A stretch of DNA of 62,886 bases, counting the filler, from Thraustochytrium aureum (lineage: Eukaryota), in the NCBI GenBank assembly GCA_012862495.1. It is 4 parts of 2 records of this genome, joined end to end, with 100 filler letters (N's around TTAATTAATTAA, not from the genome) between each part and the next. Parts side by side here need not be neighbours in the genome. Positions count along the whole stretch, not along the records: positions 43,020 to 57,856 come from BLSG01000179.1; 3 more parts are not named here. One strand, 5' to 3'. The translations under genes were made by a program, and so were the position numbers. Below are positions 43,055 to 55,623 of this stretch, piece by piece; position 1 is the first letter of the stretch, and the number at the start of each line of letters is the position of its first letter. The notes under the pieces are model-generated. The model saw only the letters and a program-made list of their open reading frames with translations, was not told where the DNA came from and did not search any database.

Positions 43055-46000
43055 ATGGAGGAGGTCGCGCGGCTGCCGGTGGGCGCCGAGGGCATCCACG
43101 AGGAGCCGCAAGCTGCGCTGGGCAGCGCGGGCGGCCGCGTGGGGGTTCCGGGCGAGGATCGGGATGGAAGCGAGAATCAGGGCGGCGGCCCCGATGCGTC
43201 CGAACGAGATGGTCGGGCGGAAGCGGACGACGCCGCGGGGGCTGGCCACGCTGCAGCAGATGACGACGCGGACTGGCTGTGGCAGGCGCTGAAGGCCGAG
43301 GTTCTGCATGGGCCCACGGAGCTGCGGTGGCTGTCGAAGCTGAGGCCGCAGGACAACCTTCATGAGCTCGTTGCGTATGAACGGCCGCATGCCGGCCCTG
43401 ATGGCGCTGCCGCGAAGCAGCGCGTCCCGGCGCACGCGCTCGACGGCGAAGAGGAAGAGCCGCGAGAACCCTTCGCAGCGGCCGGGTCGCTGCTCAGGTT
43501 TTGCGCGCCGCGCGGCAGCGACAAGCGCGGCGAGCCCGCGGCAGACTTCGTAGCCACCGCGCGCGACTTCAAGAGGGTGTTTGAGGTTTCCCTATCTCCT
43601 CGCGGTGTGGCCTGCAGCTTGGCGGTGCAACGCGTCGGCGACGTGCTCGTCCTCGACGGATCCTGGGCCGGCGAAGCCCCAGACCTCCGGCTGGTGGCCG
43701 ATCAAGGTCGGCGCGCAAACCCGCTCGAGTCCACCTTTCTTTTCTACAGTGTAAGAGAAGCCGGCGCTGGGCCCGGAGATACCGGAGAGGGAGACGGCGA
43801 CGTCGAGGCCGGCCAGCCAGCTGACGAGCCTGAGGCCGGCCCAGCCCCTCGAATTCTCCGTTCGTCGACACCTGCGAGGCCCGCCAGCCAAAAGCGCGTG
43901 CGCAACCTGCGCTCTGTGACCGTCGCCAAGGAAACGTCGGTCCCCTCAATGTCCTCGACGAAGATCCTGGTGCAGCTGCCGCTGGCGCTGGCGCTGCCGC
44001 TTCGGGCTCGGGTGGCGGCGACTGCAGCGGGCCGCAGTCGACGGAGTTTCGTCGCGTGGTTCGCTGGCGCGTCGGGGAGTTTGACGTCGTCCTCGGAAGC
44101 AACCAACTTGTTGTGCGCGATCCGGAGCGAGGGAGGCTCTCGCTGCAGCTCCAGGACGTCNNNNNNNNNNNNNNNNNNNNGCTGTGTGCTTTCACAAGGA
44201 GGGCGTGGTGCAGGGGTACCAGATCGTACGAACCGACGAGTGGACCCACGGCGCGCAGGGACAGGGCCACGGATTTCGGCCCCGGGCCATCAGCGCCGGC
44301 GCTTGCGACATCCTGGCCTTCTTGAAACGCCACTGCACCGAGGACGGGGCCACATACTACCTCCACAAGGCGGAAGACGGCGGAGATCTTTGCCTCTTCC
44401 AGATCCTGCGTGGGGAGCAGGGCGACGGCGAAGAGTCACAGCCGCAACCATCTGCTCACCAAGCAGGCCTCGCTCGCCACCCTGAGCCCTCGCGATTTGG
44501 CGCTGACAGCGACGCAGGGGCCGTCATCGGAAGCGAATCCTCGGAAGGCCCGGGGCCGCTCCCCGGGGCCGCGCGCGCCTTCGCGGGACCGGTGGCGGCG
44601 CTCTATTTGCGTCTTGCACAACAAATGCTGGACGATGACGCCGCGTGCGAGCGCGCGCTGCAGCTCTTGCGGCGCAGTATCTTCCTCCTTCGAAGCGCCT
44701 GTGGGCCAGTGTCGGCGTGGGCGTCCGTGCCGGCGCGGTCGAACGCGCTGCCGAAACTCGCTGCGCTTGTCCAAGCGCAAGAGTGCCTCGGGACCGCCTT
44801 GGCGCGCCGAGAGCAGCTCGGCGCAGAGGCGCTGCTTTTCAGTGGGGCGCTGGGCCCTTTAGGTGTTGGGCCATCGCCTTGCTCGCTGGGCGAAGGGGCA
44901 GCGCTTTCGCGCTGCGCTGGGCCGCCTGCGCACATCGACCAGGCCCTCGACAGCGGCGAGCAAGCGGTGCTCTGGCTCTCGAGCGCGCTCCACGGCCTCA
45001 TGCGTTTGCGAGCCGCGCTCCGGCAGCGTCCGCGGGACGATCCCGGCCTCTACGGCGAAGATGCCGAACAAACGGGCCTCTGTCTCGTGGATGGGGAGCC
45101 TCACGAGGTTACCGAGAGGCGACTGCGCCACAAGATTTTTGTTGCGCTGGTTCGCCTCGGACTTCGCGCGCTCCAGACGCAACGCAACGACGCTGCGCGC
45201 CAGTCCTGGCTCATGGCTCTGCACTGCACACGAATCCTCGACCCCGAATCAGGCGAGCGGAACGCGGANNNNNNNNNNNNNNNNNNNNNNNNNNNNNNNN
45301 NNNNNNNNNNNNNNNNNNNNNNNNNNNNNNNNNNNNNNNNNNNNNNNNNNNNNNNNNNNNNNNNNNNNNNNNNNNNNNNNNNNNNNNNNNNNNNNNNNNN
45401 NNNNNNNNNNNNNNNNNNNNNNNNNNNNNNNNNNNNNNNNNNNNNNNNNNNNNNNNNNNNNNNNNNNNNNNNNNNNNNNNNNNNNNNNNNNNNNNNNNNN
45501 NNNNNNNNNNNNNNNNNNNNNNNNNNNNNNNNNNNNNNNNNNNNNNNNNNNNNNNNNNNNNNNNNNNNNNNNNNNNNNNNNNNNNNNNNNNNNNNNNNNN
45601 GCTGACGAGGAAAGCCTTGTTGGCACGGCGGCCCAGATGCTCATCCGCTGCGTTGCCAAAGTGCGCGGGCCCAGCTCGCGCCGAGTCGTCCTGGACCGAA
45701 ACAGCATCCTTAGCCTTCTGTTTGAAGCGTACTGCGCGCAGGGCCACTGCCTGAGCCGCCAGTGCCGGTACACCAAGGCGTTTCGCCACTGGGAGCAAGG
45801 CGTTCAGTTGTTTGGCGGGGTACAGAGCGACGTCCTCGCGGCACGCGCCAGCCTCGAGCTTGTGCTCTTGCGATTCCAAGCGCACTGTGGTGTCGACCTG
45901 GGCGACCCCGACGTGGCAAGGCCGCTTGCTCTCGTGGCGGCCGCGGCGGACGCGGAAAGCCCAGCCGCTGCCTTTGGAGTAAAGTTGGCGAATCGGCAGA

Positions 46001-46899
46001 GCAGCGCCTCGCTCGATCCGTCCGCCTGGGCGGCCAACCGCGCTGCGCTAGCCAATCTTGTCGCCAGGTGTTCGGCGAGCGATGAGCTCCTGGCCCGGCT
46101 TTGTCGAGTGTTGCTCGTTCGGGCCACCGTGCGTTTCGCGGTCCTTGCGAGCAGGCTCGGGGACCGCACAGAGGCCATGCACGCTGCAGACCAGGCCCTG
46201 GGGCTTGCGAAGGAGGCGCTGGCCAAGGAAAACTCAGCCGCGTCCTCCGAACTAGTTGCGCAAGCGCAGGTCGCCCTGGGCCTCGTGACGTCCGTCCGCG
46301 CTGAGGCGAGCGCGGACGGTGCGCCCGAGCGGACGTGCGCAGACCGAGCTGCGCGCACGGCCTGCTCTGCGTTTGCGGCGGCGCTAGCCTCGCTTGACAA
46401 GGCCGCGAGGTTTGGGCCTGCGCCGCACTACTGTGAAAGCGCTGCCGTCGTGCAGGTGGAGCTCGCGCGAACACTACTGCGCGCTCACGCCGCGCTTGGC
46501 AAGCCTCGGCAAGCACCCCGCTGGGCGCGCCAGCTCGTCGATGCAGATGCAAGCGAGCTTTCCTGCGCGGGCTGCGCCGCGTTGGCACTCTGCGGCAAGG
46601 AAGGCTCGGAAGGTCAACTTGCCGGTGCTGCGTTTCAAGAGGGGGAGAACGCTCAGCTGCACTGGGCGGTCGCGAGCAAGCTCTTGACGACTTGCGCCCT
46701 AGAGGCGTGCAAGACGGCCCCGCAAAGCGAGCAGCTCAAGTCCGTTTATCGTCTTTTGCTGACCGAGGGGAGCGGAACCAGCCCCGCCGCGCTCTTGCGC
46801 AAAGCGAACTCGCAACTGCGCAGCACCAGCAGCAGCAAGGACGCGACGGCTCAGCAGCACAAATCCCCCGCCCCGCCCGCGTCGAGCCGCTCTGGCTGA
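43055..46899 (+). CDS. EDRF1: Erythroid differentiation-related factor 1 (EDRF1)-like protein (gaps and frameshifts)
   Basis: SLAVQRVGDVLVLD, WRVGEFDVVLGSN, CFHKEGVVQGYQIVRTDE and ILAFLKRHCTEDGATYYL match EDRF1 N-terminal blocks. TPR-like helical C-terminus. Confidence 0.75.
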
Positions 46900-47023
46900 C
46901 GATAGAAAACAGGGGGGTCAAGCTCTGGTTCGAATCTACCAACGAAAATAGAAACCAAACAGCTGCTCGGTCGCTCCGCTGGCGCCTCGAAAAGGCCAAG
47001 GCCGCCTACACGCGTGTCGACAC

Positions 47024-47758
47024 TTACATGACGACGCACTTGTCGCCCAGATTGGGCCGGAGCTTGGGAGGGCTGCCGTCGGCGTCCTGGAGCGACTCGT
47101 CCGCACCGAGCGCGACGAGTTGGTTCCACGCACGCTCGTTCGACTCTTCCCCAACAATATGCAGCAAGGTAGAGCCGCCCTGGGGCGCGTTCACGTCTGC
47201 TCCGTTCTTTACGAGCAGCGCTATGACCGCCTCGAAGGCTTTCCCGCGGCAGGCGTAGCCCAGAGGCGTCACTCCGTTTCTGTCCGGCTCGTTGACGATG
47301 GCTTGCAAGCCTTCCTTGAAAAGGCCCTGCAAAGCGGCGACGGCTTCCTCAGCTGGCGAGAGAGCTGCGGCCAGGTGGACGAGCGTTGCCCCTGTCGCCG
47401 TGCGAGGCATCGGATCAGAGTTGAGCCGCACCGTGTCCGGGCGTTGCGACTGCAAATAGCCGAACACCTCGCCTCCGTCTTGCCGAGTCCAGGCCGCGAA
47501 GATCGCGCTGGCGTCCACCCGCACGCCCCTGTCCAGCATGAGCTTGAGCAGGCCCTCCCGGTTGGTCTCGTCGGCGAGTTTGACGCGACAGGCAAGCGCG
47601 AGCGCAGATATGCCACGGAGGTCTTCCACGTTCGCCAAGTCGGCGCCGCAGACGGCGAGGAGGTGGTCCACCATCTCGGCGTTGCCAAGCTTGACAGCTT
47701 GGTGCACCACGGTGTGGCCCAGGATAGGTTCGCGGACCGTTGGGTCTGCACCAGCGTC
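47024..47758 (-). CDS. Ankyrin repeat region ending in CaaX motif (CVVM); 5' in gap
   Basis: GHTVVHQAV, GISALALAC, GATLVHLAA, GVTPLGYAC and GSTLLHIV, ending KCVVM-stop. Confidence 0.85.
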   Translation of the reverse strand, partial: DAGADPTVREPILGHTVVHQAVKLGNAEMVDHLLAVCGADLANVEDLRGISALALACRVKLADETNREGLLKLMLDRGVRVDASAIFAAWTRQDGGEVFGYLQSQRPDTVRLNSDPMPRTATGATLVHLAAALSPAEEAVAALQGLFKEGLQAIVNEPDRNGVTPLGYACRGKAFEAVIALLVKNGADVNAPQGGSTLLHIVGEESNERAWNQLVALGADESLQDADGSPPKLRPNLGDKCVVM

Positions 47759-48580
47759 NNNNNNNNNNNNNNNNNNNNNNNNNNNNNNNNNNNNNNNNNN
47801 NNNNNNNNNNNNNNNNNNNNNNNNNNNNNNNNNNNNNNNNNNNNNNNNNNNNNNNNNNNNNNNNNNNNNNNNNNNNNNNNNNNNNNNNNNNNNNNNNNNN
47901 NNNNNNNNNNNNNNNNNNNNNNNNNNNNNNNNNNNNNNNNNNNNNNNNNNNNNNNNNNNNNNNNNNNNNNNNNNNNNNNNNNNNNNNNNNNNNNNNNNNN
48001 NNNNNNNNNNNNNNNNNNNNNNNNNNNNNNNNNNNNNNNNNNNNNNNNNNNNNNNNNNNNNNNNNNNNNNNNNNNNNNNNNNNNNNNNNNNNNNNNNNNN
48101 NNNNNNNNNNNNNNNNNNNNNNNNNNNNNNNNNNNNNNNNNNNNNNNNNNNNNNNNNNNNNNNNNNNNNNNNNNNNNNNNNNNNNNNNNNNNNNNNNNNN
48201 NNNNNNNNNNNNNNNNNNNNNNNNNNNNNNNNNNNNNNNNNNNNNNNNNNNNNNNNNNNNNNNNNNNNNNNNNNNNNNNNNNNNNNNNNNNNNNNNNNNN
48301 NNNNNNNNNNNNNNNNNNNNNNNNNNNNNNNNNNNNNNNNNNNNNNNNNNNNNNNNNNNNNNNNNNNNNNNNNNNNNNNNNNNNNNNNNNNNNNNNNNNN
48401 NNNNNNNNNNNNNNNNNNNNNNNNNNNNNNNNNNNNNNNNNNNNNNNNNNNNNNNNNNNNNNNNNNNNNNNNNNNNNNNNNNNNNNNNNNNNNNNNNNNN
48501 NNNNNNNNNNNNNNNNNNNNNNNNNNNNNNNNNNNNNNNNNNNNNNNNNNNNNNNNNNNNNNNNNNNNNNNNNNNNNNNN

Positions 48581-48728
48581 TGCCGTCGTTCTTGCCCACA
48601 GCTTCGTCTAGCTCGATGCCAGCCCACTCGCCCTTGGCATAGTGAACTGGGCCGGTGTACTTGACGGTGCCAACCGCGCCGAGGTGCTTGACCTGGACGC
48701 GGGCGCCCACGCCCACGTTGCCGCTCAT
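48581..48728 (-). CDS. CAP-Gly domain N-terminus (3' in gap; possibly the same gene as 47024-47758)
   Basis: MSGNVGVGARVQV...GTVKYTGPVHYAKGEWAGIELDEAVGKNDG. Confidence 0.9.
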
Positions 48729-49393
48729 CTGCCTCGTACCGCCGCGTCCACCGAGGGTGTTCGCTCTCCAGCAGACGCTTTCCGAGCAGAAGCTGCCCGC
48801 GAGCCCTGGGACGGTGGCCTGCGCGCCTCGACGGACGAGGTCGTCGAAGCGAACGATGGACTGCGCGCCCCGAGTTGGCACTGCGTTTCGTTCGAAGGAT
48901 AATCGATCGAATCAGTCAATCAAGGAATCAACCTTCTATCCACACGCCGCGCAGCCCGAGAGTGCGCACCAGTGCCAGCGCCGGCAGCGCCAGCTACGCC
49001 AGCAGAGTGGCCGGCGAAGTCCCGCTCTGCGCTGTTGGGCGCTGCAGCGGCACAAGGAATTGACGGACTGATCGATGGAATGACTGATTGGAGCCCGACG
49101 CTCTCTCTCTAGCTAGAGCTCCCCAGCAAGCGCACCGCCCGGCTCGAGGCGCGCTCGAGCACCGGCGCCGCCTCTTTCATCGATGGCGTCGCGCCAGCGG
49201 CCAAGGATCTCGCAAGAGCTGCTCTTCCTGGCTGGAGGCCAGAGCGCTCTCCGCTGACCCGGCAAGCCCGTCCAAGCGGCGGGAAGACAAGGAGCGCTCG
49301 GGTTCGGGGCTGGGACGGAGGGAATATTGTTCATGCATGCCATGCCGCACGGCGCACTCTAGAGGCGGGCCCTGCGAGGCTCTCTCCAGAGAG

Positions 49394-50475
49394 TTAGTAG
49401 ATCGGGCGGATGCCGTTGCTGACGCTCTGAAAGCGCTCGTAGAAGATGGTGCCCTTGTGCTGCTTGGCATTGAGGCACATGGAGGCCACCTTCTTCTGCA
49501 GCTTGTCCTCGGAAAGGCCCAAGTGAAGGCGCTGCTTGAGCTCGCGCGTGACGCGCGCGACCCCACCAGGTTGCGTAAAGCACGGGTAGCGAGAGCGAAA
49601 GCCCGATATTTCCACGAGGCCGACAAGCGTCTCTGCGTTCTCGCGCGCCGTGAGGAGGCCCCGGTAGCAGAGGTCCACAAAGTGCTTCCAGCGCTCGGAG
49701 CCCACGCCGCCCATGACCTCGACCATCTCGTTGGTGAGCTTGAACGGCGCCCGCTCAAAGCTAAAGTTGGTCCCACGCACCTTGTCTTTGCCCGGCGCGC
49801 GGCCCAACACAAAGCCAAAGTCGATGTGCATGAGGCGGCCGTCCTTGCGCAGCATGATGTTGCCGTTGTGGCGGTCCTTGATGCCCAGGACATAGCAGGC
49901 TACCGAATAGCCGGCCAGGGACTCGGTGAAGCGCAAGCGCGCCTTTTCGAGCTCCTCCGCGTCCGGGAAGGTCTTTTGGAAGTGCTCGAGCAGCCGCACG
50001 TTGCGCTTCTCGGCGTCAAAGTGGTCCGACTTGATCCCGTCGAGCGAGTTGCTCTCCTCCAGCACCTCGATGAGGCCCGTTGTCGCCCCAGTTGAGAGGA
50101 TCCTGTACGGCTTGAGCCAGAGCGGGATCGATTGCGCGGTCCAGATCTCGTCGAGGAAGCGCAGGAGCTGCATGATAAACACCTCCTGGCGCAGGTCGTC
50201 GAACGACTTTGCGATCAGAGAGGTCTTGTCCCCATGCGCGCCCCACTGCGGCGACTTGCTGTGAGAGACAACCTCGTCCTCGTCGTCCCAGATGCTGGCC
50301 GTAGTCACCGAGACGCTCAAAACGGGGGCCAGGGACTGCTTGACGCGGTCCCTGAAGCTGCCGTCGACGTGGTCGCCGTACTTGTCATGCAGATGGTTGG
50401 CCACGTCGACGGTGGCCTGAACCTCGTCGTCGGGGACCACGGTGTCAAAGGTGACAAGGATGGGGCAGCGCTCTC
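49394..50475 (-). CDS. Phosphatidylinositol 4-kinase type III (beta-like) catalytic domain (5' in gap)
   Basis: IAKSFDDLRQE, SLAGYS..CYVLGIKDRHNGNIML, HIDFGF and FERAPFKLT. Confidence 0.93.
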
Positions 50476-52011
50476 NNNNNNNNNNNNNNNNNNNNNNNNN
50501 NNNNNNNNNNNNNNNNNNNNNNNNNNNNNNNNNNNNNNNNNNNNNNNNNNNNNNNNNNNNNNNNNNNNNNNNNNNNNNNNNNNNNNNNNNNNNNNNNNNN
50601 NNNNNNNNNNNNNNNNNNNNNNNNNNNNNNNNNNNNNNNNNNNNNNNNNNNNNNNNNNNNNNNNNNNNNNNNNNNNNNNNNNNNNNNNNNNNNNNNNNNN
50701 NNNNNNNNNNNNNNNNNNNNNNNNNNNNNNNNNNNNNNNNNNNNNNNNNNNNNNNNNNNNNNNNNNNNNNNNNNNNNNNNNNNNNNNNNNNNNNNNNNNN
50801 NNNNNNNNNNNNNNNNNNNNNNNNNNNNNNNNNNNNNNNNNNNNNNNNNNNNNNNNNNNNNNNNNNNNNNNNNNNNNNNNNNNNNNNNNNNNNNNNNNNN
50901 NNNNNNNNNNNNNNNNNNNNNNNNNNNNNNNNNNNNNNNNNNNNNNNNNNNNNNNNNNNNNNNNNNNNNNNNNNNNNNNNNNNNNNNNNNNNNNNNNNNN
51001 NNNNNNNNNNNNNNNNNNNNNNNNNNNNNNNNNNNNNNNNNNNNNNNNNNNNNNNNNNNNNNNNNNNNNNNNNNNNNNNNNNNNNNNNNNNNNNNNNNNN
51101 NNNNNNNNNNNNNNNNNNNNAGCGACCGCCTGTGCGTCGCGGGTCCGTGCGAGCGGCTGCTGGCGCGCGAATCGAGTCTGCTAAGCCTGCTCATCACCGG
51201 CAGCGTTCGTTTGTCTGCTCTTCCAGGTGAACAACGGGGAGGTCGGTGCGCAGCCTTTGCGCCAATGACCGGCTTGCGCAGTCTCCCCGGCGCTCGTACG
51301 AAGCCTTCACCAGTGGGCCCGAGCCATCCGTCGCCGGGCGAAATGCGCGGGCCTTCTGCCCTCTGCTGCGAGGCGCAGTCAAGAGCGAGCGGCCTCTCCG
51401 GCTGTGCGTGGCACAACACGCGCCAGATCTGAATCTGACCTGACAACGCCACGCACTGGCAGGAATTGGAGCTGATGAGTAGGTATGTCGCTCGTAGGTA
51501 CCGGTGGGAGAAGGAGCGCAGGCTGGCAGACGAAGTAGAAGGGTAGGTAAGAACACCTCGAGCGTAAGGAGTAGCTGGTCTTCGCGAAGCCGCATGAACC
51601 AAGCACGAACCGATGGAGCGCCCGGCGGAAGTGACGACGATCAGCGCCACCAGCTCGACCTGAACTGCTCGACCAAAGCCCACTGTTGTCGGACAGTGTG
51701 TTATGTTGAGGATAGAGTACACACGTTGAGCTCTTCCTTTTGTTCGTTATTCTATATTGTTCTTTATTGCTCTTTTGATCGGTTTGCTCGCGAACACGTT
51801 GAGCTCCTCGAACCTGGCAGTGCGACAACACACGCTGAGCAGCAAGCAGGTTGCGCTCGCTGGCCCGCTGGTCTGCTGGCCCGCTGGTCTGCTGGCCTGC
51901 TGGCTTGCTGGCCTGCTGGCTCGCTGGCTCGCTGGCGCGCTGGTTGGCTTGCTTGCGGCGTCGGTGAGGTTTGGAGATCGTGGAGGCCCACTTTAGCCTG
52001 CAGAGGCGTGG

Positions 52012-54837
52012 ATGGGAGGTTGGCCATGGTCGCCGCCTCGGCTCGGCGATGCGCAGGGCGCGGCGCCCCTCGTGCCGTGGCCGCCGGGCGCACTGGTGCC
52101 GGTTGAAGTGATCACGCCCGCGCCGGCTGCGACGCCGACGTTTCTGCCGGTCGAGGTGATCACGCACGTGCCAACCGAGTCGCCGACGTCGGCGGTCAAG
52201 CCAGACATCAGCATCGACACGTTTGAGAGCACATGCGTGCTCGCCTCTGGCGGGTTTGTGGTGCTATTCTCGCTGTTCGCTCTACTCCGCTCACGACGTA
52301 CGACCTGGGCGCGCAAAATCTACGCCCCGCGGCTGCTGACGGCCCGCATCCCCCCGCGCGTGCCACCGCGCGGGGTCTGCGCTTGGGTCTCCTCATTGCT
52401 GGGGCGCAAGGCCTCGCGACGCGTCCTGGAAGAGGTCGGCCTCGACGCATTATGGTGAACCGACTTTTGGTGTTTTGCGTGACGGCGCTGTCTTGCCTGG
52501 CCCCGTTCGCGATGTTTGTTCTTATCCCGCTCTACGCCTCCGAGGCAGAGCAAGGCGTCTCGGGGTTTAAGCGCTACACGATCCAGTCCATGCTCACGGG
52601 GCCAAACAAGAATAGCCAACTTTGGATCCCCGTCGGAATGACGTACTGGAACTCGGCAGTGGTCCTCTACCTGCTGCACAACGAGTACAAGTGGTACATA
52701 GCGCACCGGCACGAGTTTCTGCGCCGCGCCGCGCCGCACAGCTACACGGTCCTCGTGGAGCGCATCCCCAAGCAGCTCTTCAACCGGCCCGCGCTCCTTC
52801 ACTACTTTCGCAAGATTTTCGGCAACCGCGTGGTCTCTGCGCATGTCGTGGACAGCAACCCAGTGCTCAACTACGCAGTCCGGAAGCGGCTGGACACGGT
52901 GGCCCGCCTCGAGCGCGCCGAGCTCGAACTCGAGCGCTCAGGCAGGCGGCCTTCGCGGCTCTACCTGCCCTGGATGTGCGGCCAGATCCGGCAAAAGATC
53001 GAGCCGGTTGGGATCTGGACCCCGGTCGACCAGGTCGACGACGACACCGACGCAGCCAGCGCCACCACCGACGACGCGTACACGCGCGTTCTCGTGGGCG
53101 AGACTTTGAGCGCGGGCGGGGACAACGAGCACGGCCACGACCTGAGCCTCCTGGACGCGACGATGACGAGCTCGCACGCGGACGAGCCGGCAACGGGGGC
53201 GGTTGGCGCGCCCGCCGCCCAGGGCAGGCCTCCGCCTAGGCCGGTGTCGCCTGCTTCGGCGCCAGCGTCGACGCAATCNNNNNNNNNNNNNNNNNNNNNN
53301 NNNNNNNNNNNNNNNNNNNNNNNNNNNNNNNNNNNNNNNNNNNNNNNNNNNNNNNNNNNNNNNNNNNNNNNNNNNNNNNNNNNNNNNNNNNNNNNNNNNN
53401 NNNNNNNNNNNNNNNNNNNNNNNNNNNNNNNNNNNNNNNNNNNNNNNNNNNNNNNNNNNNNNNNNNNNNNNNNNNNNNNNNNNNNNNNNNNNNNNNNNNN
53501 NNNNNNNNNNNNNNNNNNNNNNNNNNNNNNNNNNNNNNNNNNNNNNNNNNNNNNNNNNNNNNNNNNNNNNNNNNNNNNNNNNNNNNNNNNNNNNNNNNNN
53601 NNNNNNNNNNNNNNNNNNNNNNNNNNNNNNNNNNNNNNNNNNNNNNNNNNNNNNNNNNNNNNNNNNNNNNNNNNNNNNNNNNNNNNNNNNNNNNNNNNNN
53701 NNNNNNNNNNNNNNNNNNNNNNNNNNNNNNNNNNNNNNNNNNNNNNNNNNNNNNNNNNNNNNNNNNNNNNNNNNNNNNNNNNNNNNNNNNNNNNNNNNNN
53801 NNNNNNNNNNNNNNNNNNNNNNNNNNNNNNNNNNNNNNNNNNNNNNNNNNNNNNNNNNNNNNNNNNNNNNNNNNNNNNNNNNNNNNNNNNNNNNNNNNNN
53901 NNNNNNNNNNNNNNNNNNNNNNNNNNNNNNNNNNNNNNNNNNNNNNNNNNNNNNNNNNNNNNNNNNNNNNNNNNNNNNNNNNNNNNNNNNNNNNNNNNNN
54001 NNNNNNNNNNNNNNNNNNNNNNNNNNNNNNNNNNNNNNNNNNNNNNNNNNNNNNNNNNNNNNNNNNNNNNNNNNNNNNNNNNNNNNNNNNNNNNNNNNNN
54101 NNNNNNNNNNNNNNNNNNNNNNNNNNNNNNNNNNNNNNNNNNNNNNNNNNNNNNNNCTCTCGCTCGACCTGCTGCGCCTGAGCGACATTTGTATCGCCTT
54201 GCTGCGCGGCTTGCTCAAGTCGTCGCGCACGGCTCGCGAGCGCCGCTCGCCGTGCTGCGGGTGGCACACGATCGACCACCCGAACGGCGGGAATGTGGAG
54301 CGGACGATTGCAACGGTGTGCCTCTGCTTTTGCATCGCGATGTCGTACTCTGTGATCTGCCCCGCAATGCCTGTTCTCGCGTTGGTTTACTTTGCGATGG
54401 CGCTGGTGGTGTACCGCAACCAGCTGCTGTACGTGTACACGCACGAGCGTGAGAGCGCTGGGGCGCTGTTCCCGTTTGTGTTCCGCGCGCTGATCACGGG
54501 GGTGCTCATCTTTCAGCTGGTGATGATGGGCACCTTTCTAGTCAACGGGACCCCGAGTTCGGCCTCGCTCCTTGTGCCGCTCGTCTTTGTCACCCTAACG
54601 TTCCTGCTCTTTTGCGAGAACGCCTACGAGGACTCGTCGCGCTTTCTGCCGCTCGGGGACGCGGCGGAGCTCGACATTATGAGCGGCCACCCGCGCGACC
54701 TTGGCGTCGAGTTCAAGCACCCGTCCACGCTCGCCCCGGCCAAGCTTGTCGCTGAGCCGGTCGACACGGACTCGTTCAAGCTGTTGCGGCGCATGTCGTT
54801 CACGGCGATCGGGGCGACCTACGCCGCTGCTTCGTGA
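52012..54837 (+). CDS. OSCA/TMEM63/CSC1-family channel (frameshift near 52450; internal gap)
   Basis: IYAPR, VGLDA, VLIPLY, YTVLVERIP, VYRNQLLYVY..ERESAG and multiple TM helices. Confidence 0.9.
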
Positions 54838-55026
54838 AGCCGCACCGGTTTCGCCGTTTTTGCAAGGCCACGGCGGTGTCACAAAATGCCAGCGTTTTCG
54901 TTTGCTTGTAAACTCTAGAGCTAGTAGGAGCTCAGTAGGTCTACAGAGAGAGCTCTAGACTAGTAGAGACTCCTTTCCCAAAACCAACAACCGAAGGCTT
55001 GCCCGCCAATCCAGAAGCAGGGCAGC

Positions 55027-55623
55027 TCACGCCGCGGCGGCCTTCGGATCTGTGTGCTTTGCTTCGATGTGCGCAACGGTGCTCGGCGCTAGGCCCAGTC
55101 CACGCGGAATGGCCTCTTGCAAAAGCTCCCGCTCCGGGCACGACTCGGCAATGAGCTTGATCATCGCCTGGTGGTGAATCGAGTGGTGCGCGACAAACCA
55201 CAGCTCGCGAAGCCCGTTGGACCGAAACACGTGCTTGGTTTCCTCGACGCCCTCGAGGCAAAACTCTACGTCAAGGTCGACGTCGAGCCAGGTCGGGTCC
55301 AGCTCGCCCATTTTCAGGCTGCACTCGAGCACCGCCCCGAGGCCCACGCTGAGATCGGTTTCCACCTCCCCGCCGCGCTCTCGCACATCATACTTGACAA
55401 GCGCCGGGCCTTTCCCGCGGCTCTCGAGAAGGGCGTTCACGAGGCGGTCGTAGTGGTCAAGCGAGTGCCGCACGTGGGACCCGATCGCCGCGCCCACCTG
55501 CTGGCAAGGCCTCCTGTACGCCTCCTCCAGCCCGAGCCGCTCCATCCCGGACAGCAGCGCCTCCTTCTGCAGCAGCACCCGCCTGGACGCCTCCAGCACG
55601 CGCTTGGCCGCCGCGGTGGCCAT
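55027..55623 (-). CDS. DinB/YfiT-like putative metal-binding protein
   Basis: IGSHVRHSLDHY, YDVRERG..VET and RELWFVAHHSIHHQAMI. Confidence 0.85.
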   Translation of the reverse strand: MATAAAKRVLEASRRVLLQKEALLSGMERLGLEEAYRRPCQQVGAAIGSHVRHSLDHYDRLVNALLESRGKGPALVKYDVRERGGEVETDLSVGLGAVLECSLKMGELDPTWLDVDLDVEFCLEGVEETKHVFRSNGLRELWFVAHHSIHHQAMIKLIAESCPERELLQEAIPRGLGLAPSTVAHIEAKHTDPKAAAA

